A stretch of DNA of 64,000 bases from Salpingoeca rosetta (GCA_033442325.1 JAWQFM010000007.1:1538225-1602224); one strand, 5' to 3'; positions 16,326 to 34,347 are shown, counted from the first letter of the stretch. Notes: a model not told the origin generated them from the letters alone. Program-made: numbers and translations.

Positions 16326-16805
16326 TGGTGTTGCGTGGTTGATTGATTGATGATTGTGGAGGTGGTGGTGGTGGTGGTGGGGACAGTGGTGGCGGTTGTG
16401 AGGAGACGTGGGGAGGGGGGCGTTCTGTGCATTGACCCGAGTGAGCTTCTGTTTGTGGTTATTCCCAATGCTGACCTCCCTCTGCCATGATGATGATGAT
16501 GTGTGTGTGTCTGTCTGTCTGTGTGTCTTACTCTTGTGCCCTTGTCTGCCTGCTCGCGTGCCCTTGCCTTTGGGTTTCATCGTCTCATCTTGACAGCAAA
16601 TTGACTGTTGGTTTTGTACTTTTCCAAACGAAAGAACAAAGAAAGCCTCCTGTAACAAACGTAATAACACCGCCAAATGCCAAAGCTAATCAACACATAC
16701 ACATACACACACGCGCACGCTCGCACACACATACACACGCACTCACACACACACACACACACACGCACTCACACACACACACGCACTCACACACACACAC
16801 ACGCA

Positions 16806-16842
<37 letters not shown>

Positions 16843-16864
16843 TCACACAGTGCCCGGTTATGAG

Positions 16865-17838
16865 CTATTGCCGCTGCACACACGGGAACGTGATGGTGAC
16901 AGCAGGGTCGGCATCCAAGCCAGCCTGCAAAGAGAGACAGGAATGACCATGATGGTGGTGGTGGTGGTGGTGAGAGGACAACGCAGTCCAGCGGCATGTA
17001 CACACACACACACACACATCACATCACATCACATCACTTCGCTACATGACGCATGGCGCGTACGGTGATTGACTGGCCGGGGGCGATGGGGCCGACACCG
17101 CTGGGAGTTCCCGTGAGGACGAGATCTCCGCGCTGCAGCGTGAAGATGCGGCTGATGTACTGGCGATGATGATGGTGATGGTGATGATGATGGTGATGGT
17201 GGTGGTGATGATGGTGGTGATGGTGATGGTTTGGGGTGAGAGTGAGAGTGATAGAGAGTGGGGTGAATGGCAACGACCGTCGTCGTGGTCATCAGCACGG
17301 ACGGTCGTCATCGTGGTTGAGGAAAGGCGTGTTTGAAGACGAACAGGTTGGACTGAGAAGGAGAGGGATGAGAGACAAAGAGGATGGGAGGGGTGGGCAG
17401 CGTGGGAACGAAAAGGAGACACACGATGGTCGATGCGAGGAGCTGCGAGCAAGTTGTGCAAGTGTAGGTGGTGGACAAGGTGGAGAAGCGAGAGCACACG
17501 CGCTCGACATACGCTGATGAGTGTTGGGATGGAGAAGATCATGTCCTTGGTGTTGCCGTCCTGACGCATCTCGCCATCCACGGAGCACCAGAGACGGACG
17601 TTTGACGGGTCTGCCACGCGCTCCTTCGCAACGACATCGCTGATGGGACAGAAGGTGTCATAGCCCTTCATGGTTCAAAGCAGTGCTGGATGAGCGGGGG
17701 GTGTAAGGGATACCAAGACAGCGTGCGGTGCACGTACGTTACGTGTTTGCATACCGTCAGTCAGCTCACCTTTGCAACAGACCACGGGTGTCCTTTCTCC
17801 TTTGCCTCCTGCAAGTGGGCAGGCACGTCGACAGGTGA

Positions 17839-17885
<47 letters not shown>

Positions 17886-18339
17886 GATGTGTGTGAGGGA
17901 GTGCGTGCACATGTGCGTGACGCTCACGTACCTGCTGAAGGTTGCGCGCCGTCATGTCCAATGCCAACACATACCCTGTGCGAATGAAGGAATGAAAGGT
18001 GTTGTTGATGCGATTGCATGAGAAAAGCCTGGAACAGGAGTCGTAGACGAAGAACAAACGTGGCTAGATCTCCAATGCACACGCACACACGCACACACGC
18101 ACACACGCACACACGCACACACGCACACACGCACACGCACACACGCACACACGCACACACGCACACATGCCATATCTTACCGTCAACGAGCTTCATGGCG
18201 TCGGCCTCTGCCACATCGCGTCCCGTGTCGCCAATAACGACGCCCAACTCCACCTCATGGTGCAGCTCTGTAACCTCGCGCGGAATCTGCGATGCAGCAC
18301 AAGCAGCGACAACTGGTAGATGAGAAGATGCACAACCAC

Positions 18340-18414
<75 letters not shown>

Positions 18415-18713
18415 ACACGCGCATCACAGACTCAGGTGTAGTTTGTGTACCTCGATGGGCCCGTCGCCTGGCAGCAAGAGCGAAGAAGGGGGCTTCAAGA
18501 ACAGCATGGGCTTGGACGGCACCGCATTGCCAAGCTCTGCCGCGTGTGCCCTTTGAGCAGGCAGGCAACAAGGCGACAAGGCGGTGAGTGGTGTGCACTG
18601 ACAAGCCTGAGCCACACACAGAGCAAGGCGGCAGCGCAAGAGTGTACATACTTGTAGTTGCGGCCCACGCACACAATCTTGCGGCACGTATCCACCAGCC
18701 TTCGTCCGCTCAT
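16865..18713 (-). CDS. FAHD1: Fumarylacetoacetate hydrolase domain protein (acylpyruvase/oxaloacetate decarboxylase FAHD1)
   Basis: [93 protein letters not shown] across spliced exons. Confidence 0.92.
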
Positions 18714-19162
18714 CTTCGTCGTTGTTCAGTGTTCTCGACTCTGCTTGCTTGTTGTTGTTGTTTGTTTGTTTGTTTGTTTGTGTTTGGGTGGCTTGTTTGT
18801 GCGTCTTGTTGTTGTCGCGACGACCACCACTGTGTCAAACCACTGAGTTGATGTTGATGCGCTTTGACTCACGTTCAGTCATGATATCACATCATCATCG
18901 TCATCAATAAACAAACAACATCGTCGCCATCATCATATCATGGTGGTCGTGGTCGTGTGAGTCGTAACACAACAACAGCAACAGCAACAGCAGCGGCACA
19001 TCCGTGGAGGAGGTGATAAGACGCAATCCAACCCACAAAGACGCAAAAGGAAAGGACGACAACGCAAACGATTCCAAACAGCACGAGAAGAAGCAAGCGG
19101 CAAGAAAGGGAGCCAGCCCTCATGTGTACACACGCGCAACACACGCACACGCTCGCAAACGC

Positions 19163-19201
<39 letters not shown>

Positions 19202-19389
19202 ACTTCACCATCATTGTATCATCGTATCCGCCATCATCGCATGTCGCAACAACACAGACAGTAGCAGAGCAGATCAAAAGCGGGAAAGGAAGCGAGTGAG
19301 GGTACGGGAAAGGAAAAAACCAGAACAGCTATGGTGGGGTCAGTTGGATAGTTGTCGTGAAGCAGGGAGAGAACGGGTGGTGCTGTCGA

Positions 19390-20126
19390 TTATAACAGCG
19401 TACAGCAGCCCTTCTTCGCTGTTTCAGAGGACGAGGACGTGCCCTGGCAATCCAACAAGGTTTGAATGGCGCGGCACGTGAGTGAGAGCACGGGCGTCCA
19501 AGGAAACGCACGCATCCGCTCACAATTGCCACCTGTACACGCACGAAACACAAAGAACCTGACACAAGCACACAAGCACACACACACACATGTTCTCCAA
19601 CACACACACGTGCGCGCACACATTCCAACACACACGCGCGCACACGCGCCACACACCAGCATGCAACAACGCGTGCAAACGTTACCTCCATGTCAATGTC
19701 AGCGTAGTCTGCACCGGCATCGTTGGCGCCTGGCTTTGCTGCTGTCGCGTGAGCACTGGCACCATTTGCGCCCTCGTTCTGATTCTTCTTGGACCCGTCA
19801 CCACTGCTGCCAGTGTTGGCGTCGTTGTTGGTGTTCCCGCCTGTCTCTGATGAGACCGACTCCGCGAGCGGCGCCGGCGGCTTGCTCGATGAGCCCTGTG
19901 TAGGTGATTTGAAATATTGTGTTTGTGTTTGTGTTTGTGTTTGTTTGGGGTGGGAGTGGTGCCACATAGGCAAATGCAAAGGTGCGCGCGTGTGCATGCG
20001 GTGAGCATTGTGTGAGGGAGTGTCTGTCTGTCTGTCTGTCTGTGTGTGTGTGTGTCTGTGTGTCTGTGTGTCTGTGTGTTAGTCTGTGTGTCTGTGTGTC
20101 TGTGTGTCTGTGTGTCTGTGTGTGTG

Positions 20127-20161
<35 letters not shown>

Positions 20162-21541
20162 GTGTGTCAAAGTCTACAGCAGTTGCCGATTGCACACTGG
20201 TTGCTGCTCGAGGGCAGCAAACCAGGACGCGTCACGCACCGCAAATTCGAGCGTTGCGTAGACAACGGGCTCGTAATGAACGCGCTTGTCCCGCTCAACC
20301 CATTCGCTCTCGCGTCGTGGCTTCTCATTAAACCGGATCTCAGCATACATCGACTGGCAACAGGGGACACAGCAAAGGGCGAGGGAGGGAAGCAGTCGTG
20401 GGATGGATGGATGCAAGAAGGGGGTGAAGTGAGGTGAGGGGAGGTGCATAAAGCCAGGAGGGAAGTTGGGGTGGTTGCAGTGGTGCACGTTGCACGCAGC
20501 AAGGGGGGGGGATGCTGAGGATGGGAACACAAAACGGCGTGCAAATAAAGATGCACAGGTACACCCAACACATGCACATTGTGGACACAACGAACGCAGC
20601 CAACACAGCAAACACAGCCAACACAACAGGTACGCCCGACACGACAGACATACGCAAGGCAGCGCAGCAACACGCACGCACCTCGGCGAGTTTTGCCTCC
20701 TGCTTGGCCTCGACCTTCTTGATGTCCGCACGGGAGATGGTCTTGCGCTTGATTGTGCTGTTTGGCGTGCGATTGTCACGACAATGATGGTGATGGTTGG
20801 TTGGGGGGGTGAGGATCGAAGAAGGGTGATGTGGTGCAGACTTGGAAGAGCAAACGATCACGCCCATGTAGGTACAGCAATGAGTGTGCAACCAAAGTAT
20901 AGTATGGCTGATTGCGGCACCACGCAGATGCCACCACCACGACCATCACCATCACCATCACCATCACCACCATGATCATCATCAGGGCACCTTGCGCTGC
21001 GTGGCCTCATCTCCTGCAAGTCCTCGGCCTTGTTGTCCTTTGACGGCGACTGCGGCGATGGTGCAGCCACGCAGCAAACAGCAAGTGGAGGTAATGCACA
21101 TGAGAAAGGGAAAGGGGCGAAAGGAGGAGACGCAGCAACAAACACACGCACGCACACGCACGCACACACAAAAAAAATGTACGCACGCACATGCACACAC
21201 ACACACACACACCGATCCCGTGTGCACGTGACTGGGAGGGCACCTCGATTGCGTTGATGGCGCGGATCATGGTGGGGTCCTCCGTCATGTGCAGTGGAGG
21301 CTCCTTGTGGCGGTTCAGCTTGTGGGGATCAGCCTTCGCCTTGGCAAGCTCACTCACAACCTTGTACTGCACGGCATGCACAGCGCGGGTTTTAGGGTGG
21401 GGAAGAGGTGAAGCAAGACAATGGTGAGAGTGAGTGCTGTACGGTCGCACAAGTGCCCCACACCCTCACACTCAAAACACATGCACTTTCACACACACAC
21501 GCACACACACATGCACTTTCACACACACACGCACACACACA

Positions 21542-21573
<32 letters not shown>

Positions 21574-21832
21574 CTCACACACAAACACACGCACAAACAC
21601 TCAAGGAACCTGTTGGAAGAACGCCGCGTAGTGGAGAGGGGTGTTGAGTTCCTGGTCCTGTGCGTTGACATCTGCACCTTTGGCGATAAGCAGCTTGAGA
21701 GGTTCAATCCACCCGTTGCACGCCGCAACATGCACCTGTGCACCAACAGGCAAGCATACACACATGAGCACACATGACAAAGGGCCGTTGCACACGCCAA
21801 CCAATTCGGCAGAACGAAGCACCTCCAGCAGC

Positions 21833-21882
<50 letters not shown>

Positions 21883-22904
21883 AACACAAACACAAACACA
21901 CAAACACATACACACAAACACACAAACACACAAACATGCACGCGCACACGTGTGTGAGCGCACCAGGGTTGCACCGTCTGCATCTGGCTCGTTGATGTCG
22001 TTGCCCTTCTCAATGACGGAGGAGACGTATTCCATAAAGTCATCGGCAGGTTTGCTCTTCAGCTGCTCGTGCTCCCCTTCGCTGATGCCTGTGGCAGGTA
22101 CATGCAGGCGCACGGTACATGGTGGGTGTGTTGAAGCGACAGGCGACGGCGCAGGAAGGGTGCATGGGTGCGATTGGTGTGGCGCCAACAGAAGCACAGC
22201 GACCCCATACATGTATGTGTCATATGCACACAAACACAAACACACACAATACACACGCGTGTCGTATGCACACGGTACGTGCACTACACCAGCTGACTCC
22301 CGGGCTCACGCCACGATTGCATCGCCACCACCGACAAGAGCAGCGCCGCAGCGACCGACCTGCTTTCTCCATCTCGGCCAAGAGAAGATCCCGCACTTTG
22401 TCTTCGTCAGCCAAGTCGATGGCAAGCTCACCATCCGCCGTCACTGTTGTTGCACACATACACACACATGCACGTGGGTGGGACCCTGCGTTATCGCGGT
22501 GCACAGCACACACACACACACATCACGCGAACTCACAACACACAAGCTCGCACGCACATACTCACAACACTCACAATACATGCACAGCACACACCACCAC
22601 AAAACAACGCCACACCTGCTCTGAGATCAGCGCCGTTGTTGATGAGGAGACGGGCGATACGCCACTGCCCGCACGCGGCGGCCGTGTGCAGCGGTGTCCA
22701 CCAGTCCATGTCCTGACACCCAATGCCATCGCGACAGTGGTGGTGATGGTGGTGGTGTTTGTTGGGAGTGTTTTGTGATGGTGCTCATGTGTGAGCGTAC
22801 AGTAACAGGGATGTGCGCTGTGGAACGAGAACATGGTGGTGGGGCAGTGGCCAACACGGGGAGACTGGCTTTTCACTCCAAACATGTGCACACACACACA
22901 CACG

Positions 22905-22943
<39 letters not shown>

Positions 22944-23175
22944 CCGACGTACTCTTGCGTTGACGTGCGCGCCCGATCTGACAAGCAACGTGGCCACCTT
23001 CACTGACCCTTCGATGCATGCCTTCAACATGGAAAGCCAATGCCAACGGGGTGAGAAGGTGCAGTGGTGAAGCGAACAGTAGCACGAGTCGTGGTGACCA
23101 ACCATCAGGCGCACACGCGCGCGTGCGTGGGACGTGATCTCGCGCAGGCCCACATGGCCGCACATACGCAAAGCT

Positions 23176-23265
<90 letters not shown>

Positions 23266-24020
23266 CTCATGCGTGTTTGCTTACCGTGTGAAGTGCGGTG
23301 ACACCTTCAGCGTTGCTCGAGTTTACGTCCGCGCCCTGGTCGATCAGCTCTTGCACTGCAAGCACAAACAACCACAACGCAACAACAGTGAGCCCATGCA
23401 AGCCACGCACACAAGCCACGCACACAAGCCACGCACACAAGCCAAGTGTGTGTTCAGTCAAGGCCATTCCCTGTTCCCCGTGAAGATTGCAGGGTACACA
23501 CGTTCATCAATCTCATTGGTGAGGCTGGCATCGGCAGCAGTGCTGAGGAACACGGGTGTCGCTTCAAAATCCACCTGCCAAATGAAATTCAAACAAGCGT
23601 CGGTAAGCGAGGGTATCACGGAATGAGCATCAAAGGGCCCTGCCAGACCAAGAACGTTGCGCGTTGCCCTTGTGGGATTGCAAGCATGCATGTTGGCTCT
23701 GGTGGCATTACTCAGAGGGTGTGGAATGCACCCACGAGGAGACACACACATACACACACACGCACGTACACACACACACGCACACGTACTCACACACACA
23801 CACACGCAAGACGGCTTGGGTGAAATGGGAGGAGGAGAAAGACAAGACAGCAGCTGACCTTGACGGCGTCTCTGTCCTTTGTTAATTGAGCAGGGTCATA
23901 TGTGAATTCCAGCTCCTTGCCCTGATGGTTCACAAACACTGTTGGTTCTCCCGCAAGGTACTTCTCCAGCCGATCCAGCTGTTCCTTGCGGCCTTGCTTG
24001 GCCGCCTCAAGCGCATTCAT
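19390..24020 (-). CDS. Ankyrin-repeat PP1 regulatory subunit, PPP1R16 (MYPT3/TIMAP)-like, with C-terminal CaaX
   Basis: N-terminal [10 protein letters not shown] helix; KVDF (RVxF PP1 docking); ankyrin repeats ([50 protein letters not shown]); ends KKGCCTLL*. Confidence 0.82.
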
Positions 24021-24571
24021 CTTTCCCGTTCTTCTCTCCTTCTTCTGCTTCTTGAGTCAAGGTGAGAGCGATGTTGGGGTGTCTGCCGAGGCGATGGATG
24101 GCTGGGCGGTGGGGTGAGCGGCTGGGCGTGGTTGTTGTTTGGCTGTTGTTGTGCGCGGTGCTTGGTTGTTCCCATCTGGTTGCACAACAGCGCCGAAATA
24201 TTGGTGGAAACATCATCCAATTTTCTTACACAAAAGCCGTACACGCGCAAAACACAACCAGACGCAGCTGTTGTATGTGCGTGCCACGATCTCCATCCAC
24301 ACACACACACAAACCCAAGCACAACATGGTGGTGTGTTGTGGAGGCTGTTTGTTGTTGTTCATGCTGTTGTTGCGAGTTGTTCTTGTGGTTGCAGGTGAC
24401 TCTTGCTGATTGTCGACGAGCCAATGATGGAAACCACCACCACTGATATGAAACAGAAAACACCATGAAGACGATGTATTAAACGCACAAGCACAAGCCA
24501 CACAGACAAGCACCCACAAGACACAGGCACACGCACGGGTGCACACGGAGTATGGGATATGTGTCTCTGTG

Positions 24572-27439
<2,868 letters not shown>

Positions 27440-27804
27440 TCTCAGCTTTTGAATGTCTCTCTCTCTCTCTCGTGTTGTCGCTGGCCAACAATGTGGTTGT
27501 GGAATATTCGCCATATCTTTCTTCTGCCAATATGGCGGGAACGTTTGAAGCAGCAGATGCGGCGGAGAAGCACTGCTGTGGCATCATGACGGGTTGGGGC
27601 CAGCAAGCAACCTGAACGTGTGCATGAGTGTGTGCATGAGTGTGTGCATGTGTGTGTGTGTGTGTGTGTGTGCATGTGTGTGTGTGTGTTTCCAAAGTCC
27701 CCGCCAATCAATGGCAGTGAACACCTGACACGTCCACTTGATCACATTTGGTTTTGGCGGTCATTTGCCTTGGTCGTAAGAGGCGCTGGATGCAGGTACG
27801 CGGT

Positions 27805-27858
<54 letters not shown>

Positions 27859-28098
27859 TTTGTGTTTGTGCTGGTACTTCATCTCCTGCTGTTTCCCTTG
27901 TTGTGAGCACTAACCAAGCTCATGCCTGTGCGTGTCTGTGTGAGTGTGGTTGTTCTTCTTTCGGTCACTTTGCGCATATGTGTGCCCTGTGTACTCACAT
28001 GCTCTCACCACTTGGCTTACACGCTCGCATTTTCCGGAATCGTGTTGCTCCTCCTTCGCTCTTACAGTGAACAACAAACGGCGACGACGACGACGACG

Positions 28099-28147
<49 letters not shown>

Positions 28148-28186
28148 CGCCTTGGTTATCTCCACACCTTCAAGACATAGGCAAGC

Positions 28187-29591
28187 ATGACGCTGGGACA
28201 GGAGATTGACATCATCTCAATTCACATGCGGGATACGGTCGCACTGGGTGCGGTGGTTGCCTGCGCGTGCTTGCTGCTCTACACACTCCTCCTTCGGAGA
28301 ACAAGCTCAGCCACCAGGCATGGCACCCGCAACCCTCAAACCAAGGAAGAATGGACACAGCAGCTCTTGGTTCGTATTCGGCCCTTGCACCTCTATGCTT
28401 CTTGTCCTGCAATGCTGCTTGGTGGCTGTCAATTGCAGCTCATGCCAACAACGTATGAGATGCTTGTTTCTTTCATCGTTGGCGCCACTTTTCAAAACCG
28501 TGTGGCCTGTTTGAACCCAAGCATTTGCACCACCACTTTGCCGCCCGCCATCGCGTGTGGCCTGCCGCCTTCATTTCCAAGATACACACACACAGACACA
28601 CAGACAGACACACACACACACCTATGTGTTCGTTGCAACTCTGCGTTTGCTCGCCCGTTTTTAACCTCTGTTGGACCAACAGGATGCTTGTTTCGCTTGC
28701 GACTTTGAGCTGGTTGAGAAGGCGCTTCAAAACGGCGCAGATGCGACAGCTATGACCGCCCATTTTGAAGATGGTGAGATGTTGTTTGCTTCTAGTGATT
28801 CACGTCAAGTTTCTCGCGCCAGAAACGGCTGTCACATGCAACCTTGCAACGCGCTGGCTTGCTTGCTCGGTGAAAGCCCTGTGCATATACATCTGTGTGC
28901 AAGTATGTACGTATGCGTGTTTTGTATGTGTGCATGTGCACATGTGTATGTGCATGTGTGTACATGTACACGAGTGTATACAGATGCACCTTCATCGCTG
29001 ACCCGTGCCTCAATCTGCTTGACGATAACGTGTGCTATTCCACTTCATATGCAGCGCCAGTGTTGATTGTTTCGCAGGCGTGCCGCTACAGCAGTCTGGA
29101 CCAGACTCAGGAGCCGTTCAAATTGCTTGATCTGCTGTTGGCCCACGGCGCAGACATCAACGCGCAAAACTACCGCGGCCACACGGTGAGTCATTGTGAC
29201 AGATGTTACACATTACATTACGAACGAACAGGTGGGAGTTTGGATTTGAAAAAAGAGACGAACAGCTTGCATGAACCTTGCTGTGCAGCCGCATTTACAC
29301 AATACACATTTACACATCCTCACATTCTCACAAAGCACGTTCGCACATTCACACATTCACACATGCTCACACCGTCACATCCTCACATCCTCACACCTAC
29401 AATCCCACACACACACACACACACACACGCAGGCCCTGTCACAAGCGGCCAGCCGAGGTGACGAGAGCATGGTTGAGTACCTGTTGGAGCACGGCGCTGA
29501 GCGAGCTGTGAAGAACAGGCTCGGCGCTTCTCCGCGCCGCGTTGCGCGTGCACAGGGCCACACCAAGGTCGCCCGCATGCTGGAGTACTAA
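28187..29591 (+). CDS. Small ankyrin-repeat protein with N-terminal hydrophobic anchor; start uncertain (possible extra 5' exon at 27532)
   Basis: VALGAVVACACLLLYTLLL segment; spliced ankyrins LLDACFACDFELVEKALQNGAD, LLLAHGADINAQNYRGHTALSQAASRGDESMVEYLLEHGA. Confidence 0.78.
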
Positions 29592-30013
29592 GCCTGGTCG
29601 CAGCTGCGCTGCCCACGTACGTTTCACTCCCCTCAAGAAACACCGCCCAAGAACAACGTACACCAAGATGCAGAGCACTCTCAGCCACGTCACGTCACAT
29701 TGCATCAACTGTCTCTTTGTCTGTTGTCAATGCCCATGCTTTTATCGACAGCTGATGCACTGCATGTGTACAACCGTGCAAAGAGGGGTGAACAGCCCTG
29801 AAATCATCCATCACACTACCAAAACGACAAATACACAGACTCAAAGAAAGTGGCAGGTTCACCGCGAAAGAAGCAATCATGGACAGATGACGCTCACATT
29901 ATGCACAAGCACACGAGCACAGGAGAAAACGCCTTGGGGGAATGAGAGAATGGCACAGATGACACAGAGAAACGCATGGGGGGCTGCTTCACGTGTACAC
30001 ATGCAAATATGAA

Positions 30014-32311
30014 TCAGTTTGGTGACACAAGCTCGCTCTCGCGCTCGGTACCACTATGATTGGTGGCTGCGGCTGCCACGTGTCGCTTCTGGTACTGCAG
30101 TGCACACAGTTTGTACAGCGCCCGCGTTGCATGGTGGAGAACACCGCACAGCTCGCTTGTGCAGTCGTTGGTGGCCTGCCAAAGACACGCGCCACAGTGT
30201 GCATATGCGTGTGTATGTGCGTGTGTGTGTGTGTGTGTGTGCGTGTGTGTGTGTGTGTGTGAATACAACTGTCTGCAGCAGGAACAGCACCCATACGCGC
30301 GCAAATACACCGGCGAATGCAAACAAAGGCAAAAGGGGAATGCGCGCAACAAACCGAGCACGCAAAACCGAGCACGCAGCAGCCACCACTACAAAACCGC
30401 CCACCAACCTTGAGAGTGCTGCGTAGGCGATCTGCGCCTTGCAGCAGCTCCTGGGGGCGAACGTTCGCATCAAGCACAGCACCAAGTGCTGCGACACGCG
30501 ACTGCGCCTCCCTCAGGGCAGCAGCAATGTCAGGGCTGGCCTCCGCCGCCACGCCACGCAGTGCAAGCTGGCGCGAGCGAACTTCCAGTGCCGTCAACAC
30601 CCCACTGAACGAGGCATGGTATACAACGGGCAAGATAACACAACCTTCAGAGTGAGAAAGAGCGCAGCACAACCATCATGCTTTGCGTGTGTGTGTGTGT
30701 GTGTGTGTCTGTGTCGCTCTGTGTGTGTGTCTCTGTGTGTGTGTCTGTGTGTCTCTGTGTGGCTGTCTGGCTGTGTGTGTGTGTGTGTGTGTCTGCAGCC
30801 GAATGACATGAAATACACAACTCAAAAATACAACACACACTCACTGCAATGTCTGCTGAAGCTTCGACATAGCACCAGGCTCCGGTAAACGTTTGGCCTG
30901 ACACACACGCGTAATCACAAGCGTGAGCAATGAGCAACGTTAGGCGGTCACAATGATACATTGCAGCCACGCTGCGTACACACGACACAACAAGCACACA
31001 ATCCACGTGCACCACACACGTACACTTCACACAACACACACGTACACTCCACATGACAGGCACACATACCAGCGTGCGTGCTGCTGTGTCGACAGAGGCG
31101 TGTGCAGTCGCGGTTGCCTTGGTGACTGCAAGGCGTGTCACTTGCTGCTGAAGGCGCCCTGATTCATCACACACGTGCACGCAGCAAACATTGCACCGAT
31201 AGCAACATCAGAATCACCTTCCATGCGCATCCACGCTGCAAGCGCAAGCGCGCACAACAAGCACGGCGGCAGCGATACCACATCCATGCAGGCAACAACA
31301 TGCACTTCCCCCGCCCCACACAGACATACACACATACACACATACACACATACACACATACACACACATACAAACACACAATCTTCGTCCCATGCACACC
31401 AAGCACACGCACAGAACATGCATGCAGCAGCGCAACCACAAAGCATGACTTACCAACGTGGGATGCAGCCGTGCGAATGGCCTGCGTTGCCATCTGCTCC
31501 TGCTTGTGCATGGAGCGTTCTTGCAACGCAGCAATGTACATCCACTGCAAGAGATACGCGCGTGTGTGCAAGTTGCGCGCAACAGCAGACTCGTCCCCGA
31601 CACCATGTGCTGCTATACCTGATGCGGATATCGACGTTGCCCTGCCACCACTACCACTGCCGCCGCGTCGTGTTGACCGACGGCTGCCCGACACCACATG
31701 CTGCGGTTTGGTCCTCACACCAGCAGCCGTGTGCTGCGATCGCTGCTGCTGCTGCTGCTGCTGTTGTTGTTGTTGTTGTTTTGCAGCTGCGGTAGAGGCA
31801 CCAGCAGGCGTGGCGCTTTCCCGGCCCCGTTGTTCTTGTTCGCCTTCACGTGCCGCTCTCGCTGCTGATGCTGCTCCTCGTGCTGTTCTTGCTGCGGTCG
31901 TGCGTGTGTCTGTCTTCGATGCCACGTCCTTGGTCAGCGGCTGCCGGCCCCTCGTTGATGAGGAGTGAGGGAGAGAAACACGTCGCACGCCGCTGGGTCT
32001 GTTTGCCCCACTCCCTGCTGCCAACGCTGACGATGACAAGGGCACGCGCGCTCGCTGTGATGACGACGATGATGACGAAGGTGCTGGTGCTCGCTTCGTG
32101 GTGGGCTGGTGTGTCTGTCGTGCTGCTGCTGATGCCGCTTGTGTGCGTGCGCTTGTGCTGGCGCGACGTGCGCTGACCATAGACGCGTTCTGGCTGGCGG
32201 GCTGGAAGCATGCAAACGATGGTGCAAATTGCATGAGTGTCACCATGTGAGAGCAGCACGAGCGCGGAAATTGAGAGAGTTCGTGTTGTCAACATCCATC
32301 AGCGATGCCAT
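30014..32311 (-). CDS. Coiled-coil protein, possibly augmin HAUS8/QWRF-family; 5' end uncertain, further exons may extend to about 33660
   Basis: Long basic Ser/Arg/Ala-rich N-terminus, then RAYLLQWMYIAA (resembles the LLQWRF motif) and helical exons ending ELVSPN*. Confidence 0.5.
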
Positions 32312-34347
32312 CGATGGACTTTCTGTTTGCACACGGCAATGCCACTTCTGGAAACAGCTCCTCCCTAACGAACCTTCGTGGAGCTCATGTAACGTGACTG
32401 GACAGGGCGCGTCTTCAGCTTTGCCCGGCGCGGTTTCGCCGCGTCTGGTGCTGCGCAGTGCAACAGCCGTGACGGCAAACAAACAGCGATGCAATTGGTA
32501 AGATGCACAGAGGCAGCAGTTGATGTTAAGTGGAAAGCACAACGCAGATACAAACCCGCACAAAGATATAATAAACCGCACAGATGCAAAACTCCACAAC
32601 GAAAAGGGCATGCACCGCGTTGACGAACGCGTGCCCGCGTTCGAGAACAACCCCCATTGCTGTTCTTCGCGCGAGCAGACCTTGATTGGCTGTTTGGGAT
32701 GCGTCACTTGGTCCACGCGAGGAACGACGGTGCGGCTGCCGGGGCTGCTGCTGGGCTGCTGGTTGCGTTGTGAACTGCCGCTGAGCGTTCTCGCCGTCAG
32801 CTTGGCCTTGACCGCCCACAATCTCGCTCAAGTTGGCATCATCCAGACGATCAAACGCAGGGAGTACATCGTCTCCGTGGAACCGCAGCATGGGTTCATC
32901 AGTCAACTGCACAGGTGTACACAGGGTATGTGTGGGTGAGTGGGGTTGAAGTACTCAGTGGAAAAACAAAATACAAGTCCACTGTGTACGAGCGCAGGGC
33001 GCTTGCACAACAATGGTGTGCCTATCCAGCATAGCACATCATTAGCATGCGCACGCACGCGTGTCCCCCCCCCCCCCACACACACACACACGTACACGCA
33101 CGCGCACACACGCATGCATGCACACACACACGCACGTACACACACACACACACGCATGCACACGTACACGCACGTACACGTACACACGCGCGCACACGCT
33201 GCACAAACCTTGGGTTGTTCCGGCGTGGCTTGAGGGGCATGGCGACGAGGCAGCTCCACGCCGCTCGTGGCTGTGTCTGCTGACAACTCTGACAGCGCTG
33301 ATGCTGGTCGCGGGGTACTGGATTCAACTGGTGGTCCACCGCGGCCACTGAAGGGAGATTCCTCGGGGACACGCGCCCGCACCGACGACGAACCCGGCCT
33401 GCTTCATATTCAAAGCAAGCACAACCCATGTCACTGGTCGTGTAAGTCTTCATGCCTTCAACCTTGTCTGACAAAACGCAATCCAAACGCAATGCTGCAG
33501 ACACAAGACACACACAGAGGAGTCACGCCCAACTATGCATTCGATCTCCTGCACCTGAGCGTGGGAGAGGCATTGGCATCGACGTTATGTAACCGTTGCC
33601 GGTGTGGTTCTCTTGGGTCTGCAACAGAACCTACTCGGCTGTACAGGTGCCGCTTATCCATCCTTTGAAGGACAAAGAACACACGCGCGCGCGTACAAGG
33701 TACAAATAGAAGAAGCACAGGAACTCGCCAAACCCAAGCGACAGCAGCAACACGGACGATGACGGGGTTCGGAAGATGTTCAAAGTTGACTGGGTGTGTG
33801 TGTGTGTGTGTGTGGGGTGTGTGTGTGTGTGGGTTTCAGTGGTGTGAGGGATGCAGCAGTGCTGTTGGGCTGCTGTTGGCCGTTGTAAGGAAGTTCGGAA
33901 GATGGTATGAAGATATACACAATTATCGTTGCCGGAGGTCTGCCGCGCACTTTTCAAAACAATGAATTCGCGTGATGGAGGCGATCCACGTCGCCGCGCG
34001 TGGCCATGCGCATGGGCCTGCGCAACACGGGAAAGGCACCACGTGCAGGAAGCACGCGATTCGTGTTGCCATGGTCCACGCATGCCACCAAGTGTACTGG
34101 AGCACTAGGAATTCGCCATTCAACACGCACCAAGCTGCCCCACCACATTCCCACAACATCAGCACTCTTCCACTGCAAGACTGCACACCACTTGCCCACT
34201 GGCGCCTGTCAGAAGAAGTGTGCACAACACTTGAGGGCAAACAGAAGACACTGCTCAGCAACACGCGCTTGTCAAGCAGCGCATATACGCACTACCCCAG
34301 CCCCTTTCCCGATCCCAAGGATACGCATTGCTGGGTAACCCGTGGCA

